From NCBI GenBank assembly GCA_963828255.1, contig CAWHDZ010000025.1:1-64000 (forward strand): a DNA stretch of 64,000 bases. Direction: 5' to 3'. The DNA comes from an uncultured delta proteobacterium. GTDB taxonomy: Bacteria > Myxococcota > Myxococcia > Myxococcales > Anaeromyxobacteraceae. Below, piece by piece: positions 10,392-25,687 of this stretch; the first letter of the stretch is position 1; every line of letters begins with the position of its first letter. The notes beneath the pieces are model-generated. The model was given only the letters and a program-made list of their open reading frames with translations. It made no database searches and was not told the DNA's origin. The translations under genes and the position numbers were made by a program.

Positions 10392-11510
10392 TCAAGCCCG
10401 CTCGACGAAGGCGCGCACCGCCGACGCCACCCGTTCCTGCACCGGCGCGGGAATGCGCGGCCAGATCGGCAGGGACAGGACCTCCCGGCTGGCCGCCTCG
10501 GCGGCCGGAAACGAGAGCCCGGGCCGTGCGTAGACCGGAAGCTCGTGCATCGACTTCGGGTAGTAGACCATGGTCTCGATGCCCGCCGCCCCGAGCGCCT
10601 CCTTGAGCGCGTCGCGCCGGCCTCCCGCGATCCGCACCGTGTACTGGTGGTAGACGTGCCTCGCGCCGGGGCGCTCCACCGGGAGGGCCAGCCCGGGGAC
10701 ACCGGCGAGGAGCTCCCGGTAGCGCGCGGCGGCCTGGCGCCGCCCCTCGTTCCAGGCCTCGAGGTGGGGCAGCTTGGCGCGGAGCATCGCCGCCTGGAGG
10801 GCGTCGAGGCGCGAGTTGTAGCCGATGACCTCGTTGAAGTACTTGCGGCGCGACCCGTGGGCCCGGAGCATGCGGACCCTCCCGGCCACCTCGACGTCGT
10901 CGGTGGAGACGAGGCCGCCGTCCCCGAAGCCCCCCAGGTTCTTCGAGGGGAAGAACGAGTAGGCCCCGGCCCTGCCGAGCGTACCGAGCTTGCGGCCGCG
11001 CCACTCTCCGCCCAGCGCCTGGGCCACGTCCTCCAGGACGGCGATGCCGCGGTCGCGGGCCAGGGCGAGCACCGGATCGAGGTCGGCCGTGTGCCCGAAC
11101 AGGTGCACCGGGATGATGGCCCGGGTGCGCGGCGTCACGGCGCGAGCCGCGAGCTCCGCGCCCAGGTTGAAGGTCTCCGGATCGACGTCGGCGAAGACCG
11201 GCGTGGCCCCCACCGCGCTGATCGACTCGGCGGTCGCGAAGAAGGTGAACGGGGTGGTGACGACCTCGTCTCCCGGGCCGACCCCGATTCCCCGCAGCGC
11301 CAGCACGAGGGCATCGGTGCCGGACGCCACCCCGATTGCGTGCTTCACCCCCAGGTAGGCCGCGATCTCCCGCTCGAAGGCCTCGACCTCGGGCCCCAGG
11401 ATGAAGTGGCCCGAGGCGAGGACGCGCGACCACGCTGCGTCGAGCGCGGGGCGGACCTCCTCAATCTCCGGGGCGAGGTCGAGGACGGGAATCCTATCCG
11501 GTGCGTTCAC
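10392..11510 (-). CDS. wbpE: DegT/DnrJ family PLP aminotransferase (WbpE-like)
   Basis: SGTDAL, PVHLFG, EDVAQA, SFFPSKNLGGFGDGG and NSRLDALQA; context with wbpB and wbpD. Confidence 0.85.
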   Translation of the reverse strand: MNAPDRIPVLDLAPEIEEVRPALDAAWSRVLASGHFILGPEVEAFEREIAAYLGVKHAIGVASGTDALVLALRGIGVGPGDEVVTTPFTFFATAESISAVGATPVFADVDPETFNLGAELAARAVTPRTRAIIPVHLFGHTADLDPVLALARDRGIAVLEDVAQALGGEWRGRKLGTLGRAGAYSFFPSKNLGGFGDGGLVSTDDVEVAGRVRMLRAHGSRRKYFNEVIGYNSRLDALQAAMLRAKLPHLEAWNEGRRQAAARYRELLAGVPGLALPVERPGARHVYHQYTVRIAGGRRDALKEALGAAGIETMVYYPKSMHELPVYARPGLSFPAAEAASREVLSLPIWPRIPAPVQERVASAVRAFVERA

Positions 11511-11517
11511 GTGCTCC

Positions 11518-12165
11518 TCACTTCTTCAACTCGTCATAGGCCACCTTGCCCACCGCGAGGCTGGGGGGCAGCGGCTCGTCCTCGTCGAGGTCCAGGCATC
11601 GCAGCACGCCGGGCGCCGTCTCCCGGTAGCGCAGCCCGCTCTCCGGGCAGGCCATGATCCCTCCCGCGTCGGGCTTCGGCAGCCGGTGACCGTGCCGGCT
11701 CATCCACCCGGCGAAGCGGGCCGGGACGCCGACCACGAGCGCGTAGTCGGGCACGTCCCTGGCCACCACCGCGCCGGCGCCGACGAAGGCGTATCGCCCC
11801 ACGGTGACGCCGCACACCACGGTTGCGTTGGCGCCGATGGAGCAGCCCCGCCGGAGCAGCGTGCGCTCGTAGAGGGCCTTCCTCACCACCTGCGAGCGGG
11901 GGTTGGTGACGTTGGTGAGGACGCAGGAGGGGCCGAGGAAGACGTCGTCCTCGATGACCGTTCCCTCGTAGATGGAGACGTTGTTCTGCACCTTCACGTT
12001 GTCGCCGATGACCGTCCCACCAGCCACCGAGCAGTTCTGCCCGAAGCTGCAGCGGGCACCGATCACCGCGCCGGACAGCACGTGGCTGAAGTGCCAGATC
12101 TTCGTCCCTTCGCCGACCTTCGCCCCCTCGTCGACGAAGGAGGACGGGTGCACGAAGTGGCTCAT
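11518..12165 (-). CDS. wbpD: Hexapeptide N-acetyltransferase (WbpD-like)
   Basis: GTKIWHFSHV, VKVQNNVSIYEG, TNVTNPRS and hexapeptide repeats. Confidence 0.88.
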   Translation of the reverse strand: MSHFVHPSSFVDEGAKVGEGTKIWHFSHVLSGAVIGARCSFGQNCSVAGGTVIGDNVKVQNNVSIYEGTVIEDDVFLGPSCVLTNVTNPRSQVVRKALYERTLLRRGCSIGANATVVCGVTVGRYAFVGAGAVVARDVPDYALVVGVPARFAGWMSRHGHRLPKPDAGGIMACPESGLRYRETAPGVLRCLDLDEDEPLPPSLAVGKVAYDELKK

Positions 12166-13136
12166 CGTGCGCTCCCCGCAGCGCCGGCCAGGCGGGCCAC
12201 GAACGGGTGGGTGAGCTCCGGGGAGGACGACACCACCGGCGCGGAGCGGATGTCCTGGACCAGCGTGATCGAGGGCCGGGCGTCCTCGATCCCGAAGCCA
12301 TGCCCCGCCAGCACGTCGCGGTAGACCTGGGTGTGCAGGTCGGCGAACCCGTCGGAGAACTGCACCTCCTCGCCGCCGATGGTGAGGGAGCGGAAGGTGG
12401 CCTTGCCCTGCGATCGGGCGGGCTCCGGCACGTCCTTCTTCGAGAGCGAGAGGTACCAGCGGACGACCGCGTTCTTCAGGCGCAGCATCCCGGCTCCACG
12501 CCCTGGCTCCCGGAGGTGAAGCTCCATCCCCTCCACCGGGCCGAAGATCCAGGTCAGCATGTCGAAGAAGTGGACGCCGATGTTGGTGGCGATCCCGCCG
12601 GCCTTGTCCTCGTCCCCCTTCCAGGAGGTGAAGTACCAGTTCCCACGGGAAGTGATGTACGTGAGGTCGACCTCGAACGGCTTGCCGGCGGGAGCGGCGG
12701 CGATCCGGTCGCGCAGCGCGACGATGGCCGGGTGCAGGCGGAGCTGGAGGACGTTGTACACCCGTCGCCCGGTCTCCTTCTCGATCTCGGCGAGCGCGTC
12801 CAGGTTCCAGGGGCTGAGCACCAGCGGCTTCTCGCAGATGGCGTCGGCCCCGTTGCGCAGGGCGAAGCGGATGTGGGCGTCGTGCAGGTAGTTGGGTGAG
12901 CAGATGGACACCCAGTGGACCCGCTGCTCTTCCCCCTTGCGTCGGAGCTTGTCGACGTACCGGTCGAAGCGCTCGAACTCGCGGAAGTAGGGCACGTCGT
13001 CGAAGTAGCGGTCCAGGATTCCCACCGCATCGTGCGGGTCGAGGGCGGCCACGAGCCGGTTGCGGGTGTCCTTGATGGCCTGCAGGTGGCGCGGGGCGAT
13101 GTAGCCCCCGACGCCGACGATGGCGAAGTTCTTCAC
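12162..13136 (-). CDS. wbpB: UDP-GlcNAcA 3-dehydrogenase (Gfo/Idh/MocA family, WbpB-like)
   Basis: GTG at 13136. KNFAIVGVGGYIAPRHL, CSPNYLHDAH, CEKPLV, SWKG and TNIGVHFFD. Confidence 0.9.
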   Translation of the reverse strand: MKNFAIVGVGGYIAPRHLQAIKDTRNRLVAALDPHDAVGILDRYFDDVPYFREFERFDRYVDKLRRKGEEQRVHWVSICSPNYLHDAHIRFALRNGADAICEKPLVLSPWNLDALAEIEKETGRRVYNVLQLRLHPAIVALRDRIAAAPAGKPFEVDLTYITSRGNWYFTSWKGDEDKAGGIATNIGVHFFDMLTWIFGPVEGMELHLREPGRGAGMLRLKNAVVRWYLSLSKKDVPEPARSQGKATFRSLTIGGEEVQFSDGFADLHTQVYRDVLAGHGFGIEDARPSITLVQDIRSAPVVSSSPELTHPFVARLAGAAGSAR

Positions 13137-13176
13137 GGTTGTCGTCCTGTCGTCGCCGCAGCGACGGGGTTGTCGT

Positions 13177-14337
13177 TCACTGCGCTGACGGGGCGGACCG
13201 GTGGGCCCGACGCCACTCCAGGCCCGTCGACACGGCGAGCCCCAGAAGCACCGCGACCGCCACCGTCTCCGTTCCCTTTGGGCGCGACTTCCTCGTGGGC
13301 ATCGTCGGCGGGTCGAGGACCTGGAAGGTGGAGACGTCACGAGCCTCGGCGGCCCTCGCGGCCTCCAGCCGGTCCAGCGAGAAGAGCAGGGTCGCCTCCG
13401 CGACCTTCCGGTCTCGGTACAACCCCTCGTACTCGGCCCGCAGCCTTGGGACGGCAGCCGCAGCCGGGAAGGCCACTCCCCTTCGCCCCGTCGCCTTCGC
13501 GCCCTCGGCCATGCGCGCGTCGCCGCCCTCGGCCTCCAGGTCGCGGAGGGCGTCCTCCACGATGGTGAGCTGGGATTGGAGCTGGCGCGAGCCGGCCTCG
13601 TCCCGGGCGGCAAAGGTCTTGGCGTAGCCGAGCTCCATCTGCTTGGTGATCCGCTGCGCATTCAGGGTGGCCATCGTCGAGACCATTGCCCGCGCCTGCG
13701 CGTCGAGCTCGACGATCTGGTGCCTCTCCTGGAACTCGCGGACCCGCGCCGCGGAGGTCTCTGCCTGCTGCCGGAGCTCGGCCACCCTGCGTTCCAGGTA
13801 GCGGACCTCCTCGGTGGCGGAACTGACGCTCACCCGCCGGAACGCTTGGTTCCCGTGGTCGGCGAAGAAGCCCAGCAGCGCCTGGGCGAAGCGCGGATCC
13901 CTGTCCTCGCAAGAGACCTGCACGAGCCCGGGCTTGGGCAAGGTCTTCACGTCACAGTGCCGCCAGAGGACCTCGCGCGCCGACTCGGCGTCGGCGACGC
14001 CGTAGCGACCCTTGAGGTCGAACTTCTCGACGGCTGCCTCGGACACGGCGGCGCTCTGCATCACGGCCCCGATGCGCGCCACGTCGGGGGAGCCGATGGA
14101 GCCCCCCAGGCCCGCGGCGAGGCCCCCCAGCTCGCCTCCAAGCAGCGCGCTGATCCCGGATCCCTTGGGAGCGCTCGCCGGAACGACCACCAGGGTCGAG
14201 CGGTACCACCTCGGCGCCACGAGCCAGTAGAGGATCCCCGCCAGCAGGAACCCCAGCGTGATCAAGGCGACCCGCCGCATCGCGGCGCGTTCCAGCAGGA
14301 ACGAGAAGTCGATCGTCTGACGCTGTGTCTTGGTCAT
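13177..14337 (-). CDS. Polysaccharide copolymerase / chain-length determinant (Wzz/Wzc N-terminal type, no kinase domain)
   Basis: Two terminal TM helices around a coiled-coil region; C-terminal VLDPPTMPTRKSRP (GNVR-like). Confidence 0.8.
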   Translation of the reverse strand: MTKTQRQTIDFSFLLERAAMRRVALITLGFLLAGILYWLVAPRWYRSTLVVVPASAPKGSGISALLGGELGGLAAGLGGSIGSPDVARIGAVMQSAAVSEAAVEKFDLKGRYGVADAESAREVLWRHCDVKTLPKPGLVQVSCEDRDPRFAQALLGFFADHGNQAFRRVSVSSATEEVRYLERRVAELRQQAETSAARVREFQERHQIVELDAQARAMVSTMATLNAQRITKQMELGYAKTFAARDEAGSRQLQSQLTIVEDALRDLEAEGGDARMAEGAKATGRRGVAFPAAAAVPRLRAEYEGLYRDRKVAEATLLFSLDRLEAARAAEARDVSTFQVLDPPTMPTRKSRPKGTETVAVAVLLGLAVSTGLEWRRAHRSAPSAQ

Positions 14338-16122
14338 TTGCGCAGGGTGATCCAGACGGTGACGCCGCTCAGCACCAGCCCCGCGGAGGCCAGGATGATG
14401 GCCACCACTTCACTCCTCGAGAAGTTCCGCTCCGGCACCACGAGCGAGGCGCCCGGCTCCACCTTGAGGTCCGGCGCGAACTCCTTGGTCTGGCCGTCCG
14501 GGGTCACCAGGTACACGTTGTCGGTGCTCTGCGCGAAGCGGTTGGGGCCACCCGCCAGCGCCAGGTACTGCTGGACGTTGTAGTTGGGGTTGTACGGGTA
14601 CGGTCCGGGCTTGAAGACCGCCCCCTCGATGAGCACGTTGACGCGCTTGAAGGGCACGACGATGGTGTCGCCCAGCTCGACGGCCCTGTCGGCCGAGAGG
14701 TCGCGCAGCATGACGAGCGCGTAGAGGTCCACCGGCACGGCCTGGTTGTTCCGCAGGATGTAGGAGCCCTTGAGGTCGGCCTGCGGGCCCACGCCGCCCA
14801 CCCGCTCGAGCAGGGTGCGCACCGTGTCACCCTGCGCGAAGGGCAGGCGCCGCGTGGCGCCGCCGTCGTCGTTGTTCGCGTTCGTCGCCGTGTTGGCGTT
14901 CGCGCCGTTCAGGGAGAGCGCCGTGGTGGTCCCGGCGGTCCCGGCCGTGGCCGCCACGCCGGCCAGCGCGCCGGTGATGGTCACCGACTGCTGCAGCTCC
15001 AGGAACGCCGGCATCCAGACGCTGTCCTCTCGGACCATGGCGACCGTGGGGAGCTTTCCACCGTCGGCGAAGTCGAAGGAGAGGCGGCGGAGCTTCTCGT
15101 CCGGTGCGCGCCGCACCACCTGCACGGGCAGGCCCGTGGTGGCGCCGGGGGTGAGCCCGCCCGCCAGCTCCACCAGCTCGGCCAGGTCTGAGGTGCCCAC
15201 CAGCTCGTAGCGGCCGGGGCGGTTCACCGCGCCGGCGATGGTCGCCACCAGCGACTGGAAGGGAACCCGGATGGCGTCGCCGTCGAGGACGTACGGGTTG
15301 TGCTTCACGTCGCCGGTGATGGCGTAGAGGAGCAGGTCGGCGGTGAGCACCGTGCCGTCGCGCCGCCTCACCTCGATGCGCCGCCGCGAGGCGTTGGGAC
15401 CGAAGCCGCCCGCGCGGTTGATGAGCGTGGCCACGCGGTCGACGGCCCGCGCCGGGTACGAGCCGGGGCGCGCCACGTCGTCCACCACCTGCACGAGGAA
15501 GGTCCGCGGCTCGACCAGGGTCACGCCGAAGCCGAGCCTGGGGAAGAAGCGGGCCACCGAATCGCGGAGCATCACCTGGGCGTCGGCCAGCGTCTTGCCC
15601 CGGAGGTCCACGTAGCCGACCTTGGGCACGAACCCCCTCCCCTCCAGGTCCACGGTCACGCGAAGCCGGAAGTTCTCCACGCCCCAGAAGTGAAGCTCGA
15701 GGACGTCGTTGGGGCCGAGCACGTACCTCGCCGGGTCGATGGGCTCGTCCACCGGGATGGCCGTCGCGCCGAGCTGGGGGACCTTGGGCTGCTCGAGCCG
15801 CAGGGTGTCCGGGTCGACGCCCGGTCCCGGGGCCGAGCCTGCGTGTCGCCGAAGATCGACCCGGTGCCGGCTGCTGGTTCAGACCGTGCTGCTGGAAGCT
15901 CCCGAACGCACCCTGGCCGCCTGCCTGCTGCAGCTGGAGCTGCTGCAGTTGCTGCGGCGTGAGTTGCTGCCCCTGCCCCTGCTCGTTGCGCGGGTCCTGC
16001 CGCTGCATCTCGTACCCCTGGCCGAGCGTCTGCGCGTAGGCGACGTTGCTCATCCAGAGCGGGGGCTGGACGCAGAGGAAGAGGGCCAGGGCCCGGGTGA
16101 AGGGGGTCGGGGTGCGGCGCAT
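14334..16122 (-). CDS. SLBB-repeat polysaccharide export protein (Wza/KpsD-like); frameshift near 15850
   Basis: Signal-like and Gln-rich N-terminus in ORF 14827..16122. YVLGPNDVL Poly_export motif and repeated GAVxxPGxY SLBB motifs in ORF 14334..15752. Confidence 0.8.
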
Positions 16123-16140
16123 CCCGGCTTTTCTAGCACG

Positions 16141-17040
16141 TCAGGAAGCCGTGCGTCGCGCCCACTCCGCGTGGAAGCGGTCGAGGGCCTCGTCGATGCC
16201 CAGGGGGCGATTCCGGAGCATTCCCGCGGCCCTGGCCACCTTGAGCCCCCCCCGGAGCGGCCGGGGGGCGAGCAGCTTCACGCTGGCCGTCTTCACGCCC
16301 TCGATCCTCCCCGTGAGGCCGAAGCGGGCCGCCACGCGGCGGGCGAAGTCCACCCGGTCCATGACCGTCTCGTCGCTCACGTGCAGCACCCCCCGGTAGG
16401 CGTGCTCGAGGAGGAGTTCCAGGCACATGGCGGCGCCGCTCGCGGCGAGCGTGGTCGAGGTGAACTGGTCGTCGAAGGCCTTCACGACCTCGCCCTTGCC
16501 GAGCTTGTCCACCACCTGCGTCGCGAAGGTGGGCCGGGCCGTGGCCCTGCCGCTGTAGACCACCGCCACCCGGGCCACCGCGCTGTCGGGGGCGATGGAG
16601 AGCGCCGCCCACTCCCCGGCCATCTTGCTCTGGGCGTAGACGCCGCGCGCGTTCGGGAGGTCTTCCTCGGAGTACGGGCCGCACGCTCCGTCGAAGACGT
16701 AGTCGGTGGAGACGGCGACGAGCCGCGCTCCCAGCGCGCGGCAGGCCCGGGCCACCTGCTCCGTCCCCCCGCAGTTCACCTTCCAGGCCGTGGCCGGCTC
16801 CTTCTCGCAACCGTCCACGTCGGTGACCGCGCCGGCGTGCAGCACCGCCTGGGCCCCGAAGTCCAGGAGCGCCCTCTCGACCGAGAAACCGTCGCCCAGG
16901 TCGGCCTCCACCCACCGATAGGACCCCTCCGGCGGCCGCCCCGGACCGAAGCCGAGCGCCAGCACCTCGTGCTTGCCGGCGAGCCGGGCCACCGCCTCGC
17001 CGCCCAGCATGCCGTTCGCGCCGGTGACCGCGACCTTCAC
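16141..17040 (-). CDS. rmlD: dTDP-4-dehydrorhamnose reductase
   Basis: VTGANGMLG, STDYVFDG and YAQSKMAGE. Confidence 0.92.
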   Translation of the reverse strand: MKVAVTGANGMLGGEAVARLAGKHEVLALGFGPGRPPEGSYRWVEADLGDGFSVERALLDFGAQAVLHAGAVTDVDGCEKEPATAWKVNCGGTEQVARACRALGARLVAVSTDYVFDGACGPYSEEDLPNARGVYAQSKMAGEWAALSIAPDSAVARVAVVYSGRATARPTFATQVVDKLGKGEVVKAFDDQFTSTTLAASGAAMCLELLLEHAYRGVLHVSDETVMDRVDFARRVAARFGLTGRIEGVKTASVKLLAPRPLRGGLKVARAAGMLRNRPLGIDEALDRFHAEWARRTAS

Positions 17041-18050
17041 GGCCGGGCCCCGTACTGCTTCTCGTAGTACTTGAGGTACTCGCCCGAGATGATCCGCTCC
17101 CACCACGGGCGGTTGCCCACGTACCAGCGGACCGTGGCGGCCAGCGCCTCCTCGAAGCGGTGCCGCGGCGCCCAGCCCAGCTGGGCCTGCGCCTTCGACG
17201 AGTCGATGGCGTAGCGCCGGTCGTGGCCGAGCCGGTCCTTCACGTACTGGATGAGCGATTCGGGCTTGCCCACCAGTCCCAGCACCTGCTTGACGATGTC
17301 GATGTTGTGCCGCTCCGACGAGGCGCCGAGGTTGTAGACCTGCCCCGGCTCGCCCAGCTCGAGCGCGGCCAGCAGGCCGCGGCCGTGGTCCTCGACGTGG
17401 ATCCAGTCGCGCACGTTCATGCCGTCGCCGTAGACCGGCAAGGGCAGGTCGCGGATCGCGTTGGCGATCATGAGCGGGATGAGCTTCTCCGGGAACTGGT
17501 AGGGCCCGTAGTTGTTGGAGCAGCGGGTCACCACCACCGGGAGCTTGAATGTGTGGAAGTAGGCCAGCGCCAGCAGGTCGGAGGAGGCCTTCGACGCCGA
17601 GTAGGGCGACGACGGATTGAGCGGCGTCCTCTCGGTGAAGAGGCCGGTGGGGCCGAGCGAGCCGTAGACCTCGTCCGTGGAGACGTGCAGGAAGCGCTTC
17701 ACGCCGAACTCGCGGGCCGCCTCGAGCAGCACCTGCGTGCCGCGCACGTTGGTCTCGATGAAGATGGACGGCGCCAGGATGGAGCGGTCCACGTGGCTCT
17801 CGGCGGCGAGATGCATGACCGCGTCGAACTTCTCGTTGCGGAAGAGGTCGGCGATGAGCTCGCCGTTGCAGATGTCGCCGCGCACGAGGCGGTAGCGGGA
17901 GTTGCCGGCCAGGTCGGCCAGGTTCTCGGCGTTGCCTGCGTAGGTGAGCCTGTCCAGGTTCACCACCCGCCAGCCCGGCCGCTCGGCCAGGAGGAGACGG
18001 ACCAGGTTGGAGCCGATGAATCCGCAACCGCCGGTGAGGAGGACGTTCAT
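17037..18050 (-). CDS. rmlB: dTDP-glucose 4,6-dehydratase
   Basis: TGGCGFIGSN, AAESHVDRS, STDEVYG, YSASKA and NNYGPYQFPEKLIP. Confidence 0.96.
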   Translation of the reverse strand: MNVLLTGGCGFIGSNLVRLLLAERPGWRVVNLDRLTYAGNAENLADLAGNSRYRLVRGDICNGELIADLFRNEKFDAVMHLAAESHVDRSILAPSIFIETNVRGTQVLLEAAREFGVKRFLHVSTDEVYGSLGPTGLFTERTPLNPSSPYSASKASSDLLALAYFHTFKLPVVVTRCSNNYGPYQFPEKLIPLMIANAIRDLPLPVYGDGMNVRDWIHVEDHGRGLLAALELGEPGQVYNLGASSERHNIDIVKQVLGLVGKPESLIQYVKDRLGHDRRYAIDSSKAQAQLGWAPRHRFEEALAATVRWYVGNRPWWERIISGEYLKYYEKQYGARP

Positions 18051-18613
18051 CGGTGCAGTTCTCCCTGCTCGAAGAGGCGCGCCTGGGCGAGCGGCCTTCC
18101 GGCCGCGTCCTTGGCCGACACGAGGGGGCGGACCCCCTGGACCGGCCAGGCGATGCCCACGGCCGGATCGTCCCAGGAGAGGCAGTGCTCGGCTTCCGGG
18201 TGGTAGTAGTCGGTGGTCTTGTAGAGGACCTCGGCGGTCTCGGAGAGGACCAGGAAGCCGTGGGCGAAGCCCTCGGGCACCCAGAGCTGCCGCTTGTTCT
18301 CCGCCGACAGGACGTCGCTCTCCCACTTGCCGAACGTGGGCGAGCCGCGCCGGAGGTCCACCGCCACGTCGAAGACCTCGCCCTGGACCACCCGCACCAG
18401 CTTCCCCTGTGGATGGGGCAACTGGTAGTGAAGTCCGCGCAGCACGCCCCGCGCCGAACGGCTGTGGTTGTCCTGCACGAAGGACATGGGGCGGGAGAGC
18501 GCCTCGGCCAGCTTCCTCTCGTTGTAGCTCTCGAAGAAGAAGCCGCGGGCGTCCCCGAAGACCTGCGGCTCGATGACCACGACGTCGGGGATGCTGGTGG
18601 GGGTGATCTTCAC
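18047..18613 (-). CDS. rmlC: dTDP-4-dehydrorhamnose 3,5-epimerase
   Basis: [22 protein letters not shown] and GFAHGF. Confidence 0.95.
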   Translation of the reverse strand: MKITPTSIPDVVVIEPQVFGDARGFFFESYNERKLAEALSRPMSFVQDNHSRSARGVLRGLHYQLPHPQGKLVRVVQGEVFDVAVDLRRGSPTFGKWESDVLSAENKRQLWVPEGFAHGFLVLSETAEVLYKTTDYYHPEAEHCLSWDDPAVGIAWPVQGVRPLVSAKDAAGRPLAQARLFEQGELHR

Positions 18614-19500
18614 GAGAAGACCTTCTGCTCGAGCAATCCGCGCAGGTAGGCGCCGTAGGAGGACTTGCCCAGCGCCTTCGCGCAGTCGCCCAGCTGCGCG
18701 TCGGTGATCCACCCCTGGCGCCAGGCCACCTCCTCCGGACAGGCCACCTTGAGCCCCTGCCGCTTCTCGATGGTGGAGATGAACTGTCCCGCCTCCAGCA
18801 GCGACTCGTGGGTGCCGGTGTCGAGCCAGGCGTAGCCGCGCCCCATGATCTCCACCTCCAGCTTGCCGGCCGTGAGGTAGCGGCGGTTCAGGTCGGTGAT
18901 CTCCAGCTCGCCGCGGGCCGACGGCTTCACGGCGCGTGCGTGCTCGACCACGTCCTCGTCGTAGAAGTAGAGGCCGGTGACCGCGTAGCGGGACTTGGGG
19001 CGGGCGGGCTTCTCCTCCAGGCTCACGGCGCGCCTGCGGGCGTCGAACTCGACCACCCCGTAGCGCTCCGGATCGGTGACGGCGTAGGCGAAGACGGTGG
19101 CGCCGGCGGGGCGCGCGTCGGCGTTCCGGAGGAGCTGGTGGAAGTCGTGGCCGTAGAAGATGTTGTCGCCGAGGACCAGCGCGGAGGGGCCGCCGCGGAC
19201 GAAGTCGGCCCCCAGGATGAAGGCCTGGGCCAGGCCGTCGGGGCTGGGCTGCACGGTGTAGGCGATGCGCATCCCCCAGGCGCTGCCGTCGCCGAGCAGC
19301 TGCGCGAAGCGCGGGGTGTCCTGGGGGGTGGAGATGACCAGGATCTCCCGGATGCCGGCCAGCATGAGGGCCGTCATCGGGTAGTAGATCATCGGCTTGT
19401 CGTACACGGGGAGCAGCTGCTTCGAGACCGACAGCGTGGCCGGGTAGAGACGCGTCCCCGAGCCGCCGGCCAGGATGATCCCCTTGCGCGCGGAAGGCAT
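18610..19500 (-). CDS. rmlA: Glucose-1-phosphate thymidylyltransferase
   Basis: [33 protein letters not shown] and WLDTGT. Confidence 0.97.
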   Translation of the reverse strand: MPSARKGIILAGGSGTRLYPATLSVSKQLLPVYDKPMIYYPMTALMLAGIREILVISTPQDTPRFAQLLGDGSAWGMRIAYTVQPSPDGLAQAFILGADFVRGGPSALVLGDNIFYGHDFHQLLRNADARPAGATVFAYAVTDPERYGVVEFDARRRAVSLEEKPARPKSRYAVTGLYFYDEDVVEHARAVKPSARGELEITDLNRRYLTAGKLEVEIMGRGYAWLDTGTHESLLEAGQFISTIEKRQGLKVACPEEVAWRQGWITDAQLGDCAKALGKSSYGAYLRGLLEQKVFS

Positions 19501-19629
19501 CCGGAGTGACTAGCGCGGATCCCCTTCCGGAGTCCATTTGGCAATGCGATTCGCCGTTGCGCGCCGCCAGCTTGCTCGCACCTTGATACTTCCCCTGACA
19601 AGTAGCATGCTTGGTATCGAGATCTTTCC

Positions 19630-22338
<2,709 letters not shown>

Positions 22339-22349
22339 GAGCACGACAA

Positions 22350-24390
<2,041 letters not shown>

Positions 24391-24523
24391 CGGGTCCGTC
24401 GAACGGTCGCCCACCGGAAGTGGCGCCCGCGAATCCAGCGGGCCCGGCCTGGTCTCCGACTTGCGATGCCCGGTGGCCAGAATCGGCCCGCGGTGGACCG
24501 ACGACGGAGTCTCGCACCACTGC

Positions 24524-24555
24524 ATGACAGCATGATAGAATGACAACATGACACC
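24524..24555 (+). promoter_or_regulatory. Four tandem 8-bp repeats overlapping a TAGAAT -10 box and the start codon; probable autoregulatory operator
   Basis: ATGACAGC-ATGATAGA-ATGACAAC-ATGACACC; TAGAAT at 24536-24541, 6 nt before ATG 24548. Confidence 0.65.
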
Positions 24556-24853
24556 TCCCGATGCCGCCCCCGTCGAGATCAAGATCGTCGGTCGCAGCGG
24601 ACAGATCTCCCTCGGCAAGCGCTTCGCCGGGAAGACCCTTCGCCTGGAGCGGCACGCTGACGGCACCGTCGTCCTCACCCCCGTCGCGATGGTCCCGGAG
24701 AGCCAGCTCTGGACGCTGACCGAGCCCGACCGGTCCCGGATCGAGCGCGGGCTCGCCTGGGCGGCGGAGACCGAGGCACGGGAGACCGACCTTCCTGGCC
24801 TGGCGAGGGGAGTGGCCCGTCGAGGCAAGGTGCCGGGTGGCGCCCCCCGGTAG
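24548..24853 (+). CDS. Putative antitoxin with AbrB/MazE-like N-terminus
   Basis: KIVGRSGQISLGK..GTVVLTP swapped-hairpin-like pattern; overlaps the small downstream gene. Confidence 0.6.
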   Translation: MTPPDAAPVEIKIVGRSGQISLGKRFAGKTLRLERHADGTVVLTPVAMVPESQLWTLTEPDRSRIERGLAWAAETEARETDLPGLARGVARRGKVPGGAPR

Positions 24854-25151
24854 CCGGGTCAGGCTCGACCTGAACAGTCCGGAATTCCAGGACGTCCTCT
24901 TCCGCCTGGAATCCCCCGAGCTGAGGCAGGTGATCGCGTCCCTGGGACGCCTTCGAAGGCTCGACTGGAACCTTCTCGCCCAGCATCCCGGTTTCCGCTG
25001 GGAGGCGATCGCCAGCCTCACGGCGCCGAACGGCGCGAGGGTCAACTCCCTGCGCATCAGCCAGCGAGTTCGAGCCGTGGGGTACAGGGACGGCGATCTG
25101 CTCCGGCTGGTCTCGCTCCATCCCGACCACGACTCGGCGTACGAGAAGTGA
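24837..25151 (+). CDS. Putative RelE/ParE-superfamily toxin
   Basis: 104 aa. C-terminal SLRISQRVRAVGYRDGDLLRLVSLHPDHDSAY resembles the RelE-fold SxR..R..H..Y pattern. Confidence 0.55.
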   Translation: MAPPGSRVRLDLNSPEFQDVLFRLESPELRQVIASLGRLRRLDWNLLAQHPGFRWEAIASLTAPNGARVNSLRISQRVRAVGYRDGDLLRLVSLHPDHDSAYEK

Positions 25152-25244
25152 CCTCCAGGTCCGCAGAACGGCCGCCCGAGCCCTCGAATCCGTCGGGCTT
25201 CCGGTACGCCGGCATGGCCCTGCTCTCGCAAGGGTGGCTCGGGC

Positions 25245-25605
25245 ATGGCCACCTCCTGCCCCGTCGCCGCCCGCGAATCCTCCCGCCGCCTCGCCGAGCT
25301 CCTGCGCCACGAGCGGGACGACCTCGCCGCATTCCTGGTCGCGCTGGCCGGGTTCGACCGGGAACGGCTCTGGATGCAGCTCGGCCACGCGAGCCTCTTC
25401 TCGTACCTGCACCGCGAGCTGCGGCTGTCGCATGCGGCCGCGCACTACCGCAAGGTGGCGGTGGGGCTCATCCAGGATTTCCCGGAGATGGTCGAGCCTC
25501 TGCGGCAGGGGAAGCTGTGCCTCCCCGGCGCGGCCGACCTGGCGCGCGTGATGACGCCCGAGAACCGCAGCGAGGTCCTGCCCCGCTTCTTCCACCGGTC
25601 GAGGC
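25245..25605 (+). pseudogene. Truncated N-terminus of a DUF222/HNH-endonuclease family gene
   Basis: RLAELLRHER..FLVALAGFDRERLW..LGHASLFSYLHREL..VLPRFFHRS. Similarity ends near 25605 and no HNH domain follows. Confidence 0.6.
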
Positions 25606-25651
25606 CACGGCCCGGCGGGCTCGAGGTGCGGACCAGGTTCGCCGCGGGCCA

Positions 25652-25687
25652 TTGCCCCCCCGGCACTTCGTCCGTACACTGTACGGA
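25652..25687 (+). promoter_or_regulatory. Sigma70-type promoter with a palindromic operator; leaderless start
   Basis: TTGCCC (25652-57), 17 bp spacer, TACACT (25675-80). Perfect palindrome TCCGTACA-C-TGTACGGA at 25671-25687. Confidence 0.75.
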
